A DNA stretch of 39,867 nt, from assembly GCA_040905425.1 (NCBI GenBank), contig JBBDRO010000081.1, forward strand, positions 54,065 through 93,931. The letters are read 5' to 3'. The position numbers and the translations under genes were made by a program. Below, piece by piece: positions 35,880-39,867 of the stretch; the stretch's first letter is position 1, and each line of letters opens with the position of its first letter. A model generated the notes under the pieces. That model searched no databases and was not told the origin of the DNA. It saw only the letters and a program-made list of their open reading frames with translations. The DNA is from Gemmatimonadota bacterium. Lineage in GTDB: Bacteria; Gemmatimonadota; Gemmatimonadetes; Longimicrobiales; RSA9.

Positions 35880-35999
35880 GTGTACCTCCGGAGGATGGGG
35901 GAAGAGCGTGGAAAGTTCGGGGGGCGGGGTAGCGGGCGCAACCGCTCCCGGTGCGGCGCGGAACAGAACGTGCCTGCGCCACCGGCAGCGCGCGGGCAT

Positions 36000-36015
36000 C
36001 TGGCACCCCCCTTGC
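36000..36015 (+). promoter_or_regulatory. Sigma54 (RpoN) -24/-12 promoter
   Basis: cTGGCAC-ccccc-TTGC matches TGGCAC-N5-TTGC exactly; 27 bp upstream of ATG 36043 with an AAGGAGG RBS between. Confidence 0.75.
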
Positions 36016-36042
36016 CCCGTACGCTTCACCAAGGAGGACATC

Positions 36043-36942
36043 ATGGCACTGAAACCGTTGTCGAGAGCCAGCGACTTCGCGTTCCCGGATACGGCCTGGG
36101 ACGTACGCGGCTGGACCGTGCGGACCGAGGTGGGAGACGAAAAGGTGGGCCGGGTGGAGGACATGCTGCTGGACGGCTCCGGCCGCCTCCGCTATCTGGA
36201 CGTGGACCTGGGGTTCCTGAAGAAGCACGTGTTGGTGCCGCTGGACAGCGCCCACGCGGACCGCGAACAGGAGACGGTCCGCATCGAGGGCATGAGCAAG
36301 GAGCGTCTGGAGGCGGTGCCGGAATACGCCCTGGACCCCGAGACGCTGGATGAGGACTACGAGCGGCGGCTGGATGCGGTATTCGGGCGCGCATCCCTGC
36401 CGGCTGGGGACGCGGGTGGCCACCGCGCCGTGGAGCCCGACAGCCCGCTGGACCTGCAGCGGATGGGCGCCCTCGAGGATGAGTACCGGGTGGCCGGTGA
36501 CGACCCGCGCGGCTGGGCCGTCCTCACGGGCGAGGGCAAGCGTGTGGGCAAGGTATCCGAACTGCTCATGGAGCCCGGCGTCATGAAGGCCCGTTTTCTT
36601 GACGTGGCCGTGGACGAGAAGGCGCTCGAACTCGAGCCGGTGGACCGCCACATTCTCCTGCCCGCCGAACGGGTCCGGCTGGACCGCGGCAAGAAGAAGG
36701 TGGTCGTGAGCGGCCTGCTGGCGGGGGACGTGGCCCGCTATCCCCAGTACGCTGGGCTACCCGTCACGCATGGCGCCGCCCGGATCGTGGATGATCTCTT
36801 CGGGCGGGTCGAATCGGGTGCGCCGGAAGGCGGCCCTCGACCCTCCGGCACCGCACGGCGGCAGTGGGAAGATGAGACCCTGAGCCACTTCTACGGTCCG
36901 CGCACCAGGGCACGCATGCACGTGGAGGAACGTAATGGCTGA
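36043..36942 (+). CDS. Tandem PRC-barrel domain protein
   Basis: Two units: DVRGWTV...KVGRVEDMLLD...RYLDVD and DPRGWAV...RVGKVSELLME...RFLDVA. Confidence 0.88.
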   Translation: MALKPLSRASDFAFPDTAWDVRGWTVRTEVGDEKVGRVEDMLLDGSGRLRYLDVDLGFLKKHVLVPLDSAHADREQETVRIEGMSKERLEAVPEYALDPETLDEDYERRLDAVFGRASLPAGDAGGHRAVEPDSPLDLQRMGALEDEYRVAGDDPRGWAVLTGEGKRVGKVSELLMEPGVMKARFLDVAVDEKALELEPVDRHILLPAERVRLDRGKKKVVVSGLLAGDVARYPQYAGLPVTHGAARIVDDLFGRVESGAPEGGPRPSGTARRQWEDETLSHFYGPRTRARMHVEERNG

Positions 36943-37162
36943 GATCGAGATGGAACGGCGGCCACGGCGACCGCTATGGCCGTGGCTCGTGCTGGTGGTG
37001 CTGCTGATCGCCGCCGGCGTGGGCGGCTGGCTGTACAGGCAGGAGGTCTTCCCCGGCCTGGGCGGCGACGACCCGCCCGCCGCCGAGGCTGGCGGCGTGC
37101 CGGAGGCGGACAACCGCCCCATCCCCGACCCGGACGATCGGGAGCCGCCGGGCGGCCGGTGA
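36935..37162 (+). CDS. Small single-TM membrane protein
   Basis: GGAGG RBS; 8-bp overlap with the PRC gene; MAEIEMERRPRRPLWPWLVLVVLLIAAGVGGWLY followed by an acidic/Pro-rich tail. Confidence 0.75.
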   Translation: MAEIEMERRPRRPLWPWLVLVVLLIAAGVGGWLYRQEVFPGLGGDDPPAAEAGGVPEADNRPIPDPDDREPPGGR

Positions 37163-37165
37163 GGC

Positions 37166-39013
37166 TCAGCGCAGCGGCGGCAGCGTAACGCCCAGGCGCT
37201 CCACGATCTCCTGAAAGCCCGCGTCGGCGTGCAGCGGCGCGAAGATCGGATGGATGATCACCATGGGCAGGTTGGCGTCACTGCGCTCCTCGTAGGCGCG
37301 CGTGAGCATGTCCAGCGCCGCCGCGTCATCCCCCACCAGCGCGGCCGTGACCGCCACCAGCGCGGGGGCCAGCCGCCCGCGCAATCCGGCCGCGGCGCGC
37401 ACGCCCTCGGTTCGCCGGGCCGGATCCGCCGCGCCGTCGACCACGGCGGTGAGCGCACGCCCCAACGCCCGGTCCGCTCCCGCCAGGCGCTCGAACGCCG
37501 CGCGCGCCTCCGCCACCTCACCCGCCAGCAGGGCCGTCACGCCGTGATTGAAATCCGCCACCGTGAAGCCCGGGCTCGCGGCCGCGACCCGGCGAAAGTC
37601 CGTGAGCGCGGCAGCATGGTCACCCAGCACCGTGTGGATGTACCCGCGCACGGTGACCGGCGCGGGTGAGAGCGGGTCCAGCTCCACCGCCCGGTCGATC
37701 TCGGCCAACGCCTCCACGTAGCGTCCCGTCACCAGGAGCGTCTCCGCGTACCACTGGTGCGCCGTGGCATAGCTCGGATTGGCCTCGATGGCCCGCCGGT
37801 AGGACGATTCCGCTTGCCGCGGGCGCCAGTCGTAGTTCTGCCGGATCTGGCCCATGGCCACGTGTGCCTCGGGCAGCAGCCCCTCCAGGCCAAGCGCGGT
37901 AGCCGCAGCCTCCTTGGCGCGCCCCGCCGCCGCCCGCGGCGGTTCGCTGGAGACCTGCGGCAGGATGGCAAAGGCCTGCGCCAGCCCCGCATGGGCCAGC
38001 GCGAAGGCGGGGTCCAGCTCCACGGCCTCCTCGAACTGCGCTATCGCCTGCCTGACGGAGGCCTCGGTGCGGCGGTGCCACGCCGCCATGCCGCTGCTGT
38101 ACAGATCGTAGGCGGCGTTCTGCGTGCTGCTCCCCAGGCGCTCGGGTGCCGTACGGCCATCCCCGTCGAGGGCCGCCAACTGGCCGCCCGCGCTCAGCTC
38201 GAGCTGGAGGGCATCCACGATGGCCAGGGCCAGTTCGTCCTGCAGCTCCAGCAGGTTGGCCTCCTCCCGGTCGTAGCTGGCGGACCAGATGAGGCGGCCG
38301 GAGCGTGCGTCGCTCAGCTGGACGGTCACGCGCAGATGTTCGCCGGCGGTCCGGATGGTCCCATCCAGCACGGCGTCCACCTGCAGTCGTCTGCCCACCT
38401 CCATGACGTCCAGCTCCTGGCCCCGGAGCGAGAAGGACGAGGCGCGCGCCGCCACCTGCAGCTCGGTGCCCTGCGCCAGCCGGTTCAGGAGTTCATCCGC
38501 GATGCCGTCGCCGAAGATCTGCTGGTCGTGGTCCGTGCTGAGGTCCGTGAAGGGCAGGACTGCAATGGAGCCGACCCGCTCCGCCGAAGGCAACGGACCA
38601 CTCCAGTGGGAAACGGCGGCCAGCCCCACCACGGCCACGAGGATCCCGATGCCCACGAAGCCCGCGGCGCGGCCCGCCGTCGGGGTGTGCTGCGCCCGGG
38701 CATCCGCGGCCGTCACGGCTTCCCCGATCGCGCCTTCCCCGCTCGGGGCCGCGCCGGTCGCGGCGGCCTCCAGCCTTGCCGTACGCCGCACGCCCTGCGG
38801 GGTGATGTCGTAGATCCACGCCAGGATCACGGCCAGGGGAAAACCGATCAGCCCGATCACCACGAGGGCTGTCCCCACGCGGTTCAGCACGGGGAAGAAC
38901 CCCACCAGCGCCTCGAGAATCTGCACCGCCGCGAACAGCGCGATCGCGTACGTGACGGCCACGCGGTAGACGTGGCGCCGTTTCAACTCGGCCAGGAATC
39001 GCTGGAGGTCCAT
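37166..39013 (-). CDS. Membrane-anchored TolB-N/FlgO-like + TPR protein (cyclase/kinase-associated module lacking a catalytic domain)
   Basis: FLAELKRRHVYRVAVTY, three TM segments, SIAVLPF, FGDGIADELLNRL, VAARASSF, TPRs (AVELDPAFALAHAGLA, NPSYATAHQWYA). Confidence 0.85.
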   Translation of the reverse strand: MDLQRFLAELKRRHVYRVAVTYAIALFAAVQILEALVGFFPVLNRVGTALVVIGLIGFPLAVILAWIYDITPQGVRRTARLEAAATGAAPSGEGAIGEAVTAADARAQHTPTAGRAAGFVGIGILVAVVGLAAVSHWSGPLPSAERVGSIAVLPFTDLSTDHDQQIFGDGIADELLNRLAQGTELQVAARASSFSLRGQELDVMEVGRRLQVDAVLDGTIRTAGEHLRVTVQLSDARSGRLIWSASYDREEANLLELQDELALAIVDALQLELSAGGQLAALDGDGRTAPERLGSSTQNAAYDLYSSGMAAWHRRTEASVRQAIAQFEEAVELDPAFALAHAGLAQAFAILPQVSSEPPRAAAGRAKEAAATALGLEGLLPEAHVAMGQIRQNYDWRPRQAESSYRRAIEANPSYATAHQWYAETLLVTGRYVEALAEIDRAVELDPLSPAPVTVRGYIHTVLGDHAAALTDFRRVAAASPGFTVADFNHGVTALLAGEVAEARAAFERLAGADRALGRALTAVVDGAADPARRTEGVRAAAGLRGRLAPALVAVTAALVGDDAAALDMLTRAYEERSDANLPMVIIHPIFAPLHADAGFQEIVERLGVTLPPLR

Positions 39014-39112
39014 GGGTGTCGTCGGCTCACTCCCGGGTCACGGCGGAGCCGCTAAGATAACGCGCTCCCATCCGATCCATAAGACACCTCCAGGCGCCGG
39101 GACGTTTGATGG

Positions 39113-39748
39113 CTAGGAGCGGTAGTCCCTGAACGCCTTGCGGACGTCCGCCATCTCTGCCGCGGTCAGGATCGCGGGCGTGCCGATCTGTAGCGCACGC
39201 CCGTACTGCGCGGCCAGCGTCTCCACCTCCGTGGCCAGTTCGAGCGCCCCGGAGGGGGAGGCGGCCAGCGCCACCATGCCATGGTTGGCCAGCAGGCACG
39301 CGGTACGCTCCTCGAGGGCAGCGCGCACACCGGCCGCCAGCGCCGGGCTGCCGAAGGTGGCGTAGGGCGCGCAGCGGATGGAGTCCCCGCCCGCCACGGC
39401 CACCATGTAGTGAAACGCCGGAATGGCGAGCCTCAAACAGGCGAGCGCGGTACAGAAGGGCGGGTGCGCGTGCAGCACGGCGCCGGCCTCCGGGCGGGCC
39501 TCCAGGATGGCCGCGTGGATGCGCCACTCCGTGGACGGCCGCGCGGCACCCTCCAGGACCCGGCCCTCCAGATCCAGACGCAGGAGATCGCCTGGACCGA
39601 GCTCTTCATAGGGGACCGCCGAGGGCGTGATGAGCATGCCACCGGAAACGCGCGCGCTCAGGTTGCCGGAGCTGCCCTGGTTCAGGCCCCGCTCGTTCAT
39701 GGTCCGGCAGACCCGGACCATCTCCTGGCGGAGTTCCACCTCACTCAC
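39113..39748 (-). CDS. Class II aldolase (FucA-like; by context probably 5-methylthio/5-deoxy-ribulose-1-phosphate aldolase)
   Basis: GSSGNLSAR, ITPS, PSTEWRIH, VLHAH, LLANHG; GTG start overlaps the mtnA stop. Confidence 0.88.
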   Translation of the reverse strand: MSEVELRQEMVRVCRTMNERGLNQGSSGNLSARVSGGMLITPSAVPYEELGPGDLLRLDLEGRVLEGAARPSTEWRIHAAILEARPEAGAVLHAHPPFCTALACLRLAIPAFHYMVAVAGGDSIRCAPYATFGSPALAAGVRAALEERTACLLANHGMVALAASPSGALELATEVETLAAQYGRALQIGTPAILTAAEMADVRKAFRDYRS

Positions 39749-39867
39749 CGTGGCTCGCCCTGGTGCTCGCGGGAATGCTCCGGGAAGAGCACGGCCAGAC
39801 CCTCCCGGCTGGCGGGCGCCACGCCACGTTCGGTGATGAGACCGCTCATCAGCCGCGCGGGCGTGAC
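39745..39867 (-). CDS. mtnA: Methylthioribose-1-phosphate isomerase, C-terminal 40 aa (partial, enters from the right edge)
   Basis: Not in the ORF track. Manual translation VTPARLMSGLITERGVAPASREGLAVLFPEHSREHQGEPR* matches the MtnA/eIF2B-family terminal motif (F)DVTP..L..GLITERG. Confidence 0.8.
   Translation of the reverse strand, partial: VTPARLMSGLITERGVAPASREGLAVLFPEHSREHQGEPR

Noticed and set aside
36043..36942. Photosynthetic reaction centre H subunit (puhA)
   Set aside because: No N-terminal TM helix, two barrels, and no bch/puf genes nearby.

Overview
Very GC-rich bacterial chromosomal window. Gene content and style (VPS10/BNR protein, several 'RDSAGI' six-bladed-propeller lipoproteins, secreted amidohydrolases, TolB-N/TPR protein) suggest Gemmatimonadota; this is inference only. 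It holds about 27 protein genes: secreted peptide/amide hydrolases (S9, S51, three amidohydrolase genes), a glyoxylate/hydroxypyruvate reductase + glycerate kinase pair, AddA- and AddB-like genes about 18.8 kb apart, a YtrA-type GntR + ABC module flanked by beta-propeller lipoproteins, a PRC-barrel operon behind a consensus sigma54 promoter, and mtnA (partial) coupled to a class II aldolase. Three coding regions are missing from the ORF track: the partial VPS10 gene (1-2685), the partial mtnA (39745-39867) and an internally deleted APC permease remnant (5959-6301). Non-coding structures include a three-unit ~60-bp hairpin array with terminal inverted repeats, two minisatellites (one in-frame inside the AddA nuclease domain) and two operator-like palindromes. 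No rRNA, tRNA, CRISPR-Cas, transposase or integrase was recognised. All family calls are from motif recognition by eye, not database searches.
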